DNA of 64,000 nucleotides from Schizochytrium sp. TIO01 (GCA_004764695.1 SMSO01000004.1:1364001-1428000); one strand, 5' to 3'; shown: positions 1 to 10,730, counted from the first letter of the stretch. Program-made: numbers and translations. Notes: generated from the sequence alone by a model not told the origin.

Positions 1-3000
1 GCCTGCGATGAAGAGGATGAAGGCGGAGTTGTGCTAGTTGGCTGTGCCTTTTTGAAGAAACGAAAGGCACTGGATGAACTGGAAGATGCTGCAACCGGGG
101 TAGTTACATTTGGGGTTGCAGATGCAGATGATGTGCCAATCTGGTTCTGGTTCGAAATCTGACCTGTCTGAGATGAACTCTGAGATAATGAGTGAGATGA
201 TGTGCTATGCTGTTGCTGCTGCTCCTGTTGCTGTTGAAGTTGCAACTGCTGTTGCTGAAGCTCCTTCTGCTGCAGCTGACGAGCGCGCTCGCGTTTTTCT
301 TGCATCAAACGGAGCTTCTCCTGGCGCTCTCGCTCCTGGCGCTCCATTTTTTCCTTTGCCATTTGCGCCTTTTTGAGAGCTGGTACCATGCCCTTCACTC
401 GCATAGTGTTACTCTTTGTGGACATTTTATCGGGCAAAACCTTCTTTAAGAACGAGCTTGGTCCACGCAAAATGTTGCTTGGTGGATTTAGCTTCGGTTG
501 AGTTTCTTCTGTCTGGTCCTGATCCTGGTCCTCGCCCTCAAACTTAGAAATGAGAGAACTCTTGGAGCTGGCATTTTCAAAGTTACTTACACTCATCATA
601 TCCTCGCTGTTTTGCTGTTTACCAGCAGTAGCTGCAACTGAAGATTCAGATTTTGTCAACGTTGATGATGCTGCTGTTGAAACCGTGCTAGATGTGGCAG
701 CATTTTTTCCAGGGCTTTGCTTGCCGATCGAAGTTGCCGAATTAGCCTCTTCACTGCGTGCATGTCTTGAAGATGCTGCAGATGAAGAAGCTACCACCGG
801 TGCTTGCCCGCTGGTTTCGGGTTTAGGTGCAGCACGAAGACGATCCATCGCACGCTTGCGGGCTAGTTCTCGCATTTGTTCAGCCTCTTGGAGCATCAGC
901 TCCTGCTGAGTAGAGGGCGCCGTTGATGACATTCGTCGGATGCGGTTCTCCATTTCCTCTCGAAGTTGCTGCTGTTTACGTCCTTCTTCCGAAGCTCCAC
1001 CACCGCTTTCTCCATTCGTGGATGCAACCGAAGACCTTCCGGGTACTGGAGAATTTGTTGTTGCTGCTGTTGAAGATGCATAGCTTGAACGGCTCAATGA
1101 GCGACTCAAAGAACGGGTTGCGCTATCAACAGTGCTCTTTTGGAGGCTTCCTGGGATCTGCTGTTTTGCATTTGAGTGCGGTAAAATATCAGCACTTTCG
1201 CTTTGGCGCAGAGCCTTTCTCGGCAGAGCTGGTGTTAGCGGCTCAAGATCTGCTTCCTCGGGCTCTTCGGATTGTCGTCGCGAGCGGTTGCCGTGGGAGG
1301 AGATTGACTGTGATGCTGGTCGAGCAGATTTCAGCGATCGTGCTGATCCGCTGTGCTTAAGCAGCGAAGGAGGTCTTGGTGGTAACGGGGGCATGTCTTC
1401 ATTATGATCTTGCGCTTGTTCATGTTCGTCAGATATTTTCCGCCGCTTAGCCTCTTCGCCATCGCGACCACTGGGTTCTGAGTTGTGTGAACTGCGGCGC
1501 CTCGAATCTGGTGTCTTGGGATCGTCTTCAAAGTCTCCAGCGTTATACGGTACAGGCGAGGCAACCTTGGCGTTTACAGGGACCAGTGGGGGGCGACCAG
1601 ATTGAGGCGTAGTCATTTTATCTTCAGGGCGATTGAGCTTCTTCTGTGCGCCGAAGGCCACACCAGAAGCCTCTTTTGGCTTGACAGAGGAGTCTTCTTC
1701 GTCTTCGTCTTCTTCTCCTTCGTGGCTATGACGAGCAGAACTAACCGAAGCGCTCCGAGCATTTGAAAAGGTACTTTTGGCGGAACCTTGCTTTGCTGCA
1801 GGAGATGGGTCTGCAGAAGGAGGCGTTGCGGGGGCTGATTCAGGTGTAGATGAAACAACTTGAGCCGCCGAAGATAAAGCCAGTGTGCTCTTTGAAGATG
1901 CAGAAGACGTTTTAGGCATTGCATTTGAGGCGTCGGTATCTGAAGCTTTGACTGCTGCTGCAGCAGCGGCGGCAGCACCTGCAGCTCGAACTGCTTGAGA
2001 TTTCGCAGGAGTAACGTGAACATTTGTCTCAGAATCACGAGGTGGTTCTGCTCGTGCATTTGTTTTCATAGGAGACGAGTAAGATGCTGCAGGTGAGGCA
2101 ACAGTACTATTGACAGGGCAAGCCGCAATTTCTACTGATGCCTTCTGTGGGGAAGGCATAGCCGCAGGACTACGAGAGGTGACTTCTTCAAGAAGTTGGT
2201 CACCTTCTATTTCATCCTTGCACTTCGTAACGCCAGTTTGGAGTTCATGATCTGGAGTGTTAGCAATTTCGTCTACCTCAATGCGCTGTGAAGAGGAAGA
2301 TTCACCTTCTGATTTGATTTCCTTGGCAGGAGATATTGCTTCATCAGCAGCCTTAGCTTCTTCTTCTTGTGCATTGGCAATATGTGTTTCTTGTTCGAGA
2401 GCCCAGTCTGCCTTGATTTTCTCGTTAATTTCATCAGCTTTGTCTTGAGCTAAGAGATTGACCAAATCACTCTTTAGATAAAGTTTTCCAATATGCACAT
2501 TGCGATTTGAAAGTTCTTTTCGAATATCCTTGACCTTGAGCGCCATACATTCGTCTATGAAGTCATCTGCTGCCATGAGCTTGGGTGGTTCAGCTTCAGT
2601 TGCGACACGCATTTTCTTACCAGCGTCGCTTTGATCACTTAAACGCCTCAGTTCGGATACACCTTCATCAGACTTACGTTTGCGTGTAGACGAATTGTCG
2701 CCAACGCCAGATGTAATGTTAGACAGTGCAAGGGACGATGACTCGCGCTTCTTTAATTTTTGGTTGTAGTCATCAGCAGTTTCTGCACTTGCGCGGCGGT
2801 TTGATGAACCAATGACATTTTCTTTGTCCTCCTGTTTCAAGACCTTTTGCATCACATTCTGATCATAAGTGTTGAACTTCTGCCTGGACTTGGGCATTGC
2901 TGCCAAGAGTTCTGAGGCATTGCCCTTCTCCGTAATGTCCTTGCCACGACTCTGGAACTGCATACGAACCCAAACTAGATGCTTCTCGACCTCATTGTCA

Positions 3001-3083
3001 AGCTCGCGTTTCTTGTTGTCACCTAGCCGAGATAGAGTTTCTAGGATGTGATCTACAATGTTTACCTCATTCTTGTTCACCAT
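1..3083 (-). CDS. INCENP: INCENP-like (inner centromere protein, chromosomal passenger complex scaffold) protein with SAP-like motif; 3' end lies outside the window
   Basis: Manual translation from ATG at 3083 (MVNKNEVNIVDHILETL...) stays open to base 1 (1027 codons + 2 nt); absent from the ORF track because there is no stop in the window. N-terminal DNEVEKHLVWVRMQF...ELLAAMPKSRQK resembles the INCENP N-terminal helix (vertebrate NKDLVWLEEI...ELMPKTPSQK). NPPSNILRGPSSFLKK...VKGMVPALKKAQMAKEKMERQERERQEK resembles the plant/fungal INCENP NIVSNxTSF...VKALEAAExAK motif before the charged helix. Long S/A/P-rich disordered middle. The diagnostic IN-box would lie beyond the window edge and cannot be seen. 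Confidence 0.65.
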   Translation of the reverse strand, partial: MVNKNEVNIVDHILETLSRLGDNKKRELDNEVEKHLVWVRMQFQSRGKDITEKGNASELLAAMPKSRQKFNTYDQNVMQKVLKQEDKENVIGSSNRRASAETADDYNQKLKKRESSSLALSNITSGVGDNSSTRKRKSDEGVSELRRLSDQSDAGKKMRVATEAEPPKLMAADDFIDECMALKVKDIRKELSNRNVHIGKLYLKSDLVNLLAQDKADEINEKIKADWALEQETHIANAQEEEAKAADEAISPAKEIKSEGESSSSQRIEVDEIANTPDHELQTGVTKCKDEIEGDQLLEEVTSRSPAAMPSPQKASVEIAACPVNSTVASPAASYSSPMKTNARAEPPRDSETNVHVTPAKSQAVRAAGAAAAAAAAVKASDTDASNAMPKTSSASSKSTLALSSAAQVVSSTPESAPATPPSADPSPAAKQGSAKSTFSNARSASVSSARHSHEGEEDEDEEDSSVKPKEASGVAFGAQKKLNRPEDKMTTPQSGRPPLVPVNAKVASPVPYNAGDFEDDPKTPDSRRRSSHNSEPSGRDGEEAKRRKISDEHEQAQDHNEDMPPLPPRPPSLLKHSGSARSLKSARPASQSISSHGNRSRRQSEEPEEADLEPLTPALPRKALRQSESADILPHSNAKQQIPGSLQKSTVDSATRSLSRSLSRSSYASSTAATTNSPVPGRSSVASTNGESGGGASEEGRKQQQLREEMENRIRRMSSTAPSTQQELMLQEAEQMRELARKRAMDRLRAAPKPETSGQAPVVASSSAASSRHARSEEANSATSIGKQSPGKNAATSSTVSTAASSTLTKSESSVAATAGKQQNSEDMMSVSNFENASSKSSLISKFEGEDQDQDQTEETQPKLNPPSNILRGPSSFLKKVLPDKMSTKSNTMRVKGMVPALKKAQMAKEKMERQERERQEKLRLMQEKRERARQLQQKELQQQQLQLQQQQEQQQQHSTSSHSLSQSSSQTGQISNQNQIGTSSASATPNVTTPVAASSSSSSAFRFFKKAQPTSTTPPSSSSSQ

Positions 3084-4212
3084 TGCGGCGTTTGGATCTG
3101 AGCCCGAAAAATTCTTCGCGCTCAAGGCCCTTCGAGATAACCAAGAAAAAGATACGCTTGTAAACTTGACTTAGTCAGACTTGCCTGCTTCAAGTTCTAA
3201 GCAAAGCAATGAATTCTTCGCTTCTACAGAAAGCCCAGCGTAGAGGTAGAATTTACGCAACCTTGACCGAACGCTGACTGTCTTCAAATCAATAAGGTTG
3301 ATCGTCAGTCCTGATTGTCCTCAAAGAATACGCTCTGCTTTCTTTGCCTCCCTGTCTTGTCTCTTTCGAGTGTAAGGCGGTGGTTACGCCAAGAACCGAG
3401 ATTGGCGGTCTTAGGTCCTGCGCCTTGCTGTCAGGTACAACAGGGCCCAAAGCTACTCCAAGGTGCTGGCAGCACTTTGCATAAACCGCCAAACAATCCC
3501 GTTGGCCTACTCTGCACCTTGATGTAGATCGCCTCCGGTGCTCGCAGCGTCTGCCACTGCGTCGGCGAGAAGGTTTGCGGCTTCTGATTTGTTCAAGGAC
3601 TGTGACTGTTTCGTCCAAATGGCGGTTTTACGATTAAAGGTCTAACTATGAGTTAGGCCTCTTCCTTATTGCGCCAGGTACTTTTTGAGGAGGCCTAGTG
3701 ATGAGTTAATGCGAGACATAGGACCCTTTAGTCCTGGGAAATGAGCGCGCTTTCCAGTACAAAGCTCAGAAAACGCGGGCTTGTGATCAGGTCTTTTCAA
3801 TTAAAAAACATCAATTTGTGCGTAGATCCAGAGAGCAGAGTTATTTGACAACGACATTGTTTGGTGGAGAGGCCAACGCGAAATGATGCCAGGGTTTGCA
3901 GAGCATACGCAAAAGTCTTTGCCAAAGGTTTATTTCTCGTATTAGGCGGTTTTGTAGGAAGCGTGCGAACGGCTCGTTTCATCATTGTAAGGGTGACTGT
4001 TGCTTAGCAAAGTGCTACTACGTAAGTTGGAGAGGTTAGCATAGCCAATAGTCAAGTGCTAGTGTTGAAATTTGGAATCTGGGCTCTCCGTTACGTCAAT
4101 GTCGAAACCCACTAAGGAGAGGCCTACCAACCTATCTGGTTAGTTAGCTAGCCTGGTAGAGCTAATATCGATTGCAGAATGGCCAAGAGAATGAGGATAG
4201 TAAATACGCAGA

Positions 4213-4234
4213 TAGGTAGGTAGGTAGGTAGGTA
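4213..4234. repeat. (TAGG)5 microsatellite
   Basis: Directly visible. Confidence 0.9.
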
Positions 4235-4439
4235 TACCTACACACCTACTGCGAGTAGGAAACTATAGTGAAAAACGTGCAGAGTGGGGCTCTGCAGTTA
4301 TATTCATTCCAAAAGTGCAATGCTCCTTCAAGTCAATGGAAGGCTGTGTCTGTGAAAGTTAAAGAACGATTTCTTTATGCTGATACGATGCAAGACCTAC
4401 AAATATTGTAGAAGACTGTAAAATCAAATTGTTCAAGGT

Positions 4440-7400
4440 TTAAAGATTCAACATTTCCAATTCACCTTCATTTTTGGCATTGCTCCGCTTCGTGATTGTC
4501 CTGACGCCCTCACTGCCACCATTAGCAGATGCGTCAACACGCCTGTTATTGTGCGCAGGACGTGACTTGTCTTTACAGCAAGAACAACAGTTGTTGACAG
4601 GTTCATCGTCTTCATCAATACCAAGATACTGCTTTTCCTTCTCTCGATCAAAAGCTTGAGCTTCGAGATCATACGCTTTGGCCAGCTCCTCCTCTTCTTG
4701 AGCTTTACGCCGCCGGTCCATAATTCCGCACCAGCAGCAAATACCCAGAATGATGAGTACGACAATGGCGACCAATAGGTATCCAACTCCGTGCGGAATA
4801 GTGTTGAGAAAGGAGAAAAGACTTGTGACCTGGGGAAACAAGACTATTGTGAGAGTAATCACTACAAGAATGATGAAGACACAACAGAACTTGACGCAAA
4901 GGTCTGGTCCAAGGCATTCACGTAAAACATAAAAGGGGTTCCAGAAAAGTTTCCAGTTTAGACGTCCAACTGGCTTAGGGAGCTTTGGAAATCTATTTGG
5001 TTCAGAACGTCCGCCAGCATTTGAAAGGGTAGTCGATGCAACATCCTGACGAACTAATTCAATTGAAACCCAGAGTTTGCCCATATCACGTCTAACACCA
5101 TCCTCCATGACATATAGTTTTAATGCCTTTGAATTAGGGGGCTCTCGGTGTGACAAAACAGTGCTTGCCCATGGTGCATAAGTATTGATCAGCTCATCAG
5201 CTTCTCCGCGCTTTTCCTCCTCTTCTTGGCGAGCAGCATCTTCTTCCATGCGAACCTTTTGTTGTTGTTCTTTACGCTCACGTTTGCGCTCCTCTCGTAC
5301 TTTCTGGCGCTGTTTGCGTCTTGCATCACGAGCTGCAGTGCTATAGTGAGAGACCATGTCATCGGGATCAGCATTTGTTGCGGCAACCCCGGTGTACTCG
5401 TCAATTTTGATACTAATCTCTGACGCCTTGCGATCCGGAACCGCCTCAAGCTCGTCGCTCTCCTCCATACCCACTTGACCTGAAGCAGACTCGCTTTCAT
5501 GACCATTACTGTTTGTATGGAAGCTCGTTGAAGCAGCAATTGTGCTTTCCTTCTTTTGAATAGATGGTCCGCTCGTGATTGAGCTGTGTCCACTATCTTG
5601 GACATACTCTGGAGAGGTGGACATTGGAGCTTGAGGAGGTGGACGTGGCATTTTTCGATATCCCGAATCAAAGACCTCGTACCGTTCATCATTACGAAGA
5701 AATGCAGCACGTAAATGACTTGAAAGATCAAGAACAGTTTCTGCAATCAGGTCGTTCCACTTCGTGACGTCCCGATCCCATATCTGGAATGTAAGACGAC
5801 TCTTTAGCTTAGACAGCGGAAGCTTTATGTTCGGCATTTTAATTCGGTAGTTCCAGGAAGCCTTGCCTTTCTTTGCCCGCCAGTGAGTGTCCGTTTCCTT
5901 CCATGCCTTTTCGCTGAACCCGTTGAAATTACAACGCACATACAAATCATTCTGCTTAGTCAGAAAGTCAAAACTTGGTACATCCTCACACTTCCAAACG
6001 ATCACACGCATTTCATATACGGTGTCTTCTGGGGGGGCGACGTTCACCAAGGGGTATTTAATGGCTGTAGGTTGATCCATAATATCACACCACATTTCAA
6101 GTTTACCTTGCTCGAGTTGAGAGGTAGGGGTCCAAAGAGAGCGTAATTCAACTGGCTTTCGAAGATATGTCTCTACATCTGACACGTCCGCATCCTTGGT
6201 CTCCTCCAAAACCACCTTAGCAGCTTCCTCTTCGTCAAGTTCATCCTGCGTGCGTTCTTCAGTACTCTCACTAGCAGCGATTTGCTTCCATCGCTCACTG
6301 AACCAACGATCTTCAATGTCGATCGTGGTTTCACCAATTAGATCATCACTCGAGAACAGATCATAATCCATGGCACGAATGCGTAGTTGAGAGGGTCCTG
6401 GGAGCTCAGTGTGAATTGTGAAGTTCCGATAAAAGTTTGGATTGATGGAGTTGGCAATGTAATTCTTTTGATCACTGATCTTGTTACTACCCAGTTTCAA
6501 GATAAGGTATGGATCACTTTTACCACCTCCTACATCCATGGGGATAAAATTAAAGCCTTTGAGGACGTTGATACGAATCTCAACTGGACGAGGAATCAGC
6601 ATCTTCTCAAGCATGGCGGGAGCAAACACACCAATCTCTTCATCAAGTTGTTGGCGATTTGAAGGGGTATCATTGTCTAGGCAAACTCTCATGGCTGCTT
6701 TGAGGGTGCCCACCTTGCGAATGTTAGGTTTCAAGGTTTTGCCCAATAGAGATTTTCGAACGCGCTGGCCACGATATAAGGGAAAACTCTCAAATGGCGT
6801 AGGACCTAGCTCAGCCTCCAGCTCATGATCGTAGGCTTGACGACCTTTCATAAATTTGGGTAAAGGAAGAGGATCGTGATTCGGCCATTCCTCGAACTCT
6901 AATGTGGTATTTCCCACCATGGCATCAGAAATCACACTTTCTGTATCTGAAGGCAAAGAGTCATTAATGTCACTTGAAGCAGTTGAAAACACATCCTCGT
7001 CAGTGATGAATCCATCATCTTCATCATCATCTGCCATAATTGTGTCAGGATCTTCTTCACTACCTTGCATACCCAGTGGGTTATCTGTATTGACGGGTCT
7101 TGAAGTAAGTGCCAGAAACTTTTCGAGTTCGTGTTCTTCCTGAAGGCCATTTTCATTCTCAAGGTTGGGGTTACAGCTCGTATCCGGCGGAGTTCCTCCA
7201 GTGGGGACGTAGTCAGGTGAGGTTGGTACAAATCTCATCAGGTCAACGGCGCTTGTTGCCACAACCTCCTTCTGGAGCCCTCCTACCCGAGCATCTTGCA
7301 CTGCAATCTGCAGGCGAGGCAAAAAGATGAGATCTTCCGGGAGCTTGAAGCGCAGTTCAATGAGTTCGCCAAAGTTTGGATCAGTGCCTGTGGGTCGTTT

Positions 7401-10400
7401 ACTCCGTTTGGTTTTATGCACATTACGCTGACGAGACGCATCGCCGAGATGGAATTCTACCAAAGAGTTTTGAATAGGAATACCGCGATAGGCAGCAAGG
7501 TTACGCAAACCTAAGACAGCGATTTGCAATGTTACAGCTTGCCGAGTAACAGGGCGAATATCAGGAATAGGTGGCAATGGAGTTTGAGTTTTATTTCCAG
7601 CTGGCAACGGAATAAGCTCTAAGGAAATCAGCATGGCCGCATCTGCACAGTCACCAGGAGCGACTTGATAAAGAGCCTGCCATTCTGGCTTTGTATTTGT
7701 ATATGAGGCAGTTCCCTCTAAGACCAATGAAACTCGGGAAGAACCCAAATAGTCATCAGGGTCAAAGCGATCATAGTCATAAACATCAAGGATGGCTTGT
7801 GGGGCAAATCGTGCTGGGGGTAGCCTAACAAAAGGGAATGTGACAGTTTCATACCAAAGAGGATTATTGGTCTTGTTCCGACGTGTGATCTTTAGAGGTT
7901 TTTCACCCATGAGACGAATGTAAGCATAAGGGTCGCACATGCCATCACTATCTGCAGCAGGCAAATCTTTACCTTGATATACATGAACACGCACTGCGTA
8001 ATTTTCTTTGATCTTGAATGTATTGAGTGCTTCTTCATTCCAATCTGCATTTGTTTCTGCAGCAAGTTCCGCTGAACCGATACCCATTCTGACAAGCAAC
8101 GAGCCCGGGAAGTCTTCATCATCAAGGCGATTATTCGCTTTATCTTCTGCCAAAGTTATCCATTTAGGTTCACCCTTGAATCTTTCCAGGAGAATTTTCT
8201 CTGCACTGAACCTGGCATAAGAGATTGCATGACCTGTACTATCCTGAAGATAAAGGAATATATCCGGGACCTGTGCATTGTGCAATTGTGCTAAAAGGTG
8301 TTTGCGCAGGGCAGTGAATTGGTGTTCAAGATAATCAAGACGGGAGAGTTTGTCTTTTGTGCCCCCTGGGGTATTCTCTCCAGCGAAACCAGGAGGAGAC
8401 GGGTTACCTCTCGATTTCGTGCGCGCTGGGTCAGACCGCAATCGGAGCGCGTCATCAGGGATTTCTTTGCGCAGATCATGAATTGAGGTTTTCAATTGGT
8501 CATAGCTTTGAACAAGAGCCTGGATCCGTGGGCTTTCCCAGAGACGTAAAAGCTCATCAGGAAACTCAAACGCAGCTTCGTGTTTTTCAACCCATTCAAC
8601 AGTGCCACCGTCAGTAGGCATAAGGGCTTTAGATGAAAGCTTGTACGGACCAATTGACATGGCAGCCCCCACAGATGCACGCGATTTTAGCCCTATTGTA
8701 CCCTGGGTACGTGGGATGGAGCTACCCATGACAGCCCAGAAACGAACAATGTATTGTCGCGTAGGAGGCAGTAGGCTGCGTTTAATTGATCGAATGAATT
8801 TCTTGTGAATTACTTCGGGTTCGTCCGAGTCTTCATGGTCAATATAATCCTTGAAACTGAGCAGAAGACGACCCCTGTAGGCCGACGCCTTGCTTGGGTT
8901 CTGGTTCATTTCCTCAGCGTCGTCATTCCCGAAAAGACCACCCTTACGGGGAGCACCGTAGAGGATGAACCAGCGAGGATAGATTGCTCCTTTGCGCGGA
9001 TGTCTATCGCTTGCGCGAAGAACGTCTTGGTAGTTTACTAGAAGGGTGCTCACAAGATCGTTACTGGAGGCCTTGTCGTAGTCCCAAACGCTGATATTTA
9101 TATTTTTTGCAAGGCGTGGATTGAATGTTGGCATCCAAAGCTCCTCATTGAAGACTGCGCACAGGGATTCTTTGTGGCGATGAGCTTCAGGTCCAATCAT
9201 CTGTCGCGCAATGGAGCTTGACCGAGAAATCGAGACAACACCTGTCTTACACGGTGGGTTACCACTGAAGACCATTCTCACAAAGGCATCAATACCTTCT
9301 TTGCCTGTTATTTTCGAACGATCAAGGGCAGGGAGATCCTCTGCGAGATAGATCTGGGCGCGGAGAAAGCGTAACTCCTGGGTCACATTTGGAGGAAGGA
9401 GAACCTCCGCGATTTCCTCGTCATGTGCACCTGCATCATTTTTAGCGTCTTCGTCTTCATCAAGGTTGACGGTGTCACCTGGGCCAATCACAGTGACACT
9501 GACTTTGGCATAACCCTGAATCCCAGTATCTTTAGGATTCTTTTCGTCAATGAGTCCAATCCATTGATTCTTTTGTGAGTGGTTTTCAAGGTAGTATACG
9601 TCAATCATATTAAAAGTAAATGAACCAATAAGATCATTGCGACTGATCAAATCAGCATCATAGACAGAGAATTTAATCGTAGCGGCCTCTACAGTGGGGC
9701 TGTCCATATTCTCAAGGTCCAGGAACAGCTGCTCATCAAAGACACACGAGCGAACGCCCTTTTTGATGCCAGTACTACGCTTGACAGGCTTCCGTGCAGG
9801 TACATCGATAGAAACCGTACACACCGGGTCACTAGTACCACTTAAGTCCTCAGGATGAAGTTCACGTACTTCAATGACATGAAATATGACTCTGTAAGCA
9901 CCTGATTTAAGCTCAGTTTGCATTGCCCGCTCAAGGGCCTCTTGTTCTTTTCGTTGTTCTTCTTCATAGGCTTCTTTGGCCTCTTGGCGGTCATCCTCGG
10001 CCATGATGTCATCTTTACCTGCAACCGCCCCGTCCTTCCCATCATCCGAGGCAGCCTCGCTACTTGGAGCTACAGGGGCAGCGCCATCATCTAAATTGCC
10101 AGCTTCATCTTCAATATCCGAGTCGAAGCCAGCGCCTTCCTCGTCTTCCTCATCATCCAAGACACTAATGTGGCCTCCCTTCGCAGGCCTTGTAATGCCA
10201 ATGCGCGAGTAGACAGCGAGTCTCGTTTTGCCCCAGACGTGTCGCTTGTGGGTCCATCCAATGACAACGCGGAGCTCTCCAAATTCGCCTGTGGTACCGT
10301 AGGCGTCCGTGAGTTTGAGCCAGATGCCTCGGTTCACATCGCGTTTTTTCTCCACAAACTCTTGCTTAAGTTCGCGTACAGTATTCACGCTGATTTCTGC

Positions 10401-10730
10401 CATGCCCAAGAACGCCTTGGATATCGCGCGTTTGTCATAGATTTTGAACACGATCTTGGTCATTTTACTCCCTCGGGATCCAATAAAATCTACTCGCTCA
10501 TCCCAGTGAACCCGTCCATGGCTCTTACGCTCAACGCGAGTCGTGAACTCCTGTCCTGAAAATGCAACTTTTACGTACGGGTTCACAGTCTTCGCAGCGC
10601 TTTTGTTGTTGTTACCGCTGGACCCTGCATCGTCTCCAGTCACGAGCCCTCGGGCCTCTAGAATGCAGGCAAAAAGCACGTTCGGGTTCACAGCGCCGCC
10701 ACTCGCAGCCAAGCGTTCCATGCTCGCCAA
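4440..10730 (-). CDS. Ferlin family multi-C2-domain membrane fusion/trafficking protein (type II-like, no DysF), 2096 aa, intronless
   Basis: About eight C2-type strand patterns (VLFACILEARGL, YRVIFHVIEVREL..DLSGTSDP, LRAQIYLAEDLPALD, YIVRFWAVMG, YAVRVHVYQGKDLPAADSDGMCDPY, LQIAVLGLRNL, IRINVLKGFNFIPMDVGGGKSDPY, YEMRVIVWKCEDV); FerI-like GYAKVSVTVIGPGD...VLLPP; FerB-like VPDIFLYL...ISYARF; ferlin hallmarks DDLIGETTIDIEDRWFS, PVELRSLW..QGKLEMWCD, ETDTHWRA..GKASWNYR, GRSEPN.FPKLPKP.GR; C-terminal hydrophobic anchor. Confidence 0.95.
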   Translation of the reverse strand: MASMERLAASGGAVNPNVLFACILEARGLVTGDDAGSSGNNNKSAAKTVNPYVKVAFSGQEFTTRVERKSHGRVHWDERVDFIGSRGSKMTKIVFKIYDKRAISKAFLGMAEISVNTVRELKQEFVEKKRDVNRGIWLKLTDAYGTTGEFGELRVVIGWTHKRHVWGKTRLAVYSRIGITRPAKGGHISVLDDEEDEEGAGFDSDIEDEAGNLDDGAAPVAPSSEAASDDGKDGAVAGKDDIMAEDDRQEAKEAYEEEQRKEQEALERAMQTELKSGAYRVIFHVIEVRELHPEDLSGTSDPVCTVSIDVPARKPVKRSTGIKKGVRSCVFDEQLFLDLENMDSPTVEAATIKFSVYDADLISRNDLIGSFTFNMIDVYYLENHSQKNQWIGLIDEKNPKDTGIQGYAKVSVTVIGPGDTVNLDEDEDAKNDAGAHDEEIAEVLLPPNVTQELRFLRAQIYLAEDLPALDRSKITGKEGIDAFVRMVFSGNPPCKTGVVSISRSSSIARQMIGPEAHRHKESLCAVFNEELWMPTFNPRLAKNINISVWDYDKASSNDLVSTLLVNYQDVLRASDRHPRKGAIYPRWFILYGAPRKGGLFGNDDAEEMNQNPSKASAYRGRLLLSFKDYIDHEDSDEPEVIHKKFIRSIKRSLLPPTRQYIVRFWAVMGSSIPRTQGTIGLKSRASVGAAMSIGPYKLSSKALMPTDGGTVEWVEKHEAAFEFPDELLRLWESPRIQALVQSYDQLKTSIHDLRKEIPDDALRLRSDPARTKSRGNPSPPGFAGENTPGGTKDKLSRLDYLEHQFTALRKHLLAQLHNAQVPDIFLYLQDSTGHAISYARFSAEKILLERFKGEPKWITLAEDKANNRLDDEDFPGSLLVRMGIGSAELAAETNADWNEEALNTFKIKENYAVRVHVYQGKDLPAADSDGMCDPYAYIRLMGEKPLKITRRNKTNNPLWYETVTFPFVRLPPARFAPQAILDVYDYDRFDPDDYLGSSRVSLVLEGTASYTNTKPEWQALYQVAPGDCADAAMLISLELIPLPAGNKTQTPLPPIPDIRPVTRQAVTLQIAVLGLRNLAAYRGIPIQNSLVEFHLGDASRQRNVHKTKRSKRPTGTDPNFGELIELRFKLPEDLIFLPRLQIAVQDARVGGLQKEVVATSAVDLMRFVPTSPDYVPTGGTPPDTSCNPNLENENGLQEEHELEKFLALTSRPVNTDNPLGMQGSEEDPDTIMADDDEDDGFITDEDVFSTASSDINDSLPSDTESVISDAMVGNTTLEFEEWPNHDPLPLPKFMKGRQAYDHELEAELGPTPFESFPLYRGQRVRKSLLGKTLKPNIRKVGTLKAAMRVCLDNDTPSNRQQLDEEIGVFAPAMLEKMLIPRPVEIRINVLKGFNFIPMDVGGGKSDPYLILKLGSNKISDQKNYIANSINPNFYRNFTIHTELPGPSQLRIRAMDYDLFSSDDLIGETTIDIEDRWFSERWKQIAASESTEERTQDELDEEEAAKVVLEETKDADVSDVETYLRKPVELRSLWTPTSQLEQGKLEMWCDIMDQPTAIKYPLVNVAPPEDTVYEMRVIVWKCEDVPSFDFLTKQNDLYVRCNFNGFSEKAWKETDTHWRAKKGKASWNYRIKMPNIKLPLSKLKSRLTFQIWDRDVTKWNDLIAETVLDLSSHLRAAFLRNDERYEVFDSGYRKMPRPPPQAPMSTSPEYVQDSGHSSITSGPSIQKKESTIAASTSFHTNSNGHESESASGQVGMEESDELEAVPDRKASEISIKIDEYTGVAATNADPDDMVSHYSTAARDARRKQRQKVREERKRERKEQQQKVRMEEDAARQEEEEKRGEADELINTYAPWASTVLSHREPPNSKALKLYVMEDGVRRDMGKLWVSIELVRQDVASTTLSNAGGRSEPNRFPKLPKPVGRLNWKLFWNPFYVLRECLGPDLCVKFCCVFIILVVITLTIVLFPQVTSLFSFLNTIPHGVGYLLVAIVVLIILGICCWCGIMDRRRKAQEEEELAKAYDLEAQAFDREKEKQYLGIDEDDEPVNNCCSCCKDKSRPAHNNRRVDASANGGSEGVRTITKRSNAKNEGELEMLNL

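Noticed and set aside
110-3051. Many short ORFs listed over bases 110-3051
   Set aside because: All are alternative-frame or antisense shadows of the single long minus-strand ORF 3083..1
4213-4234. Telomeric repeat / chromosome end
   Set aside because: Short internal (TAGG)n tract between two genes; ordinary microsatellite
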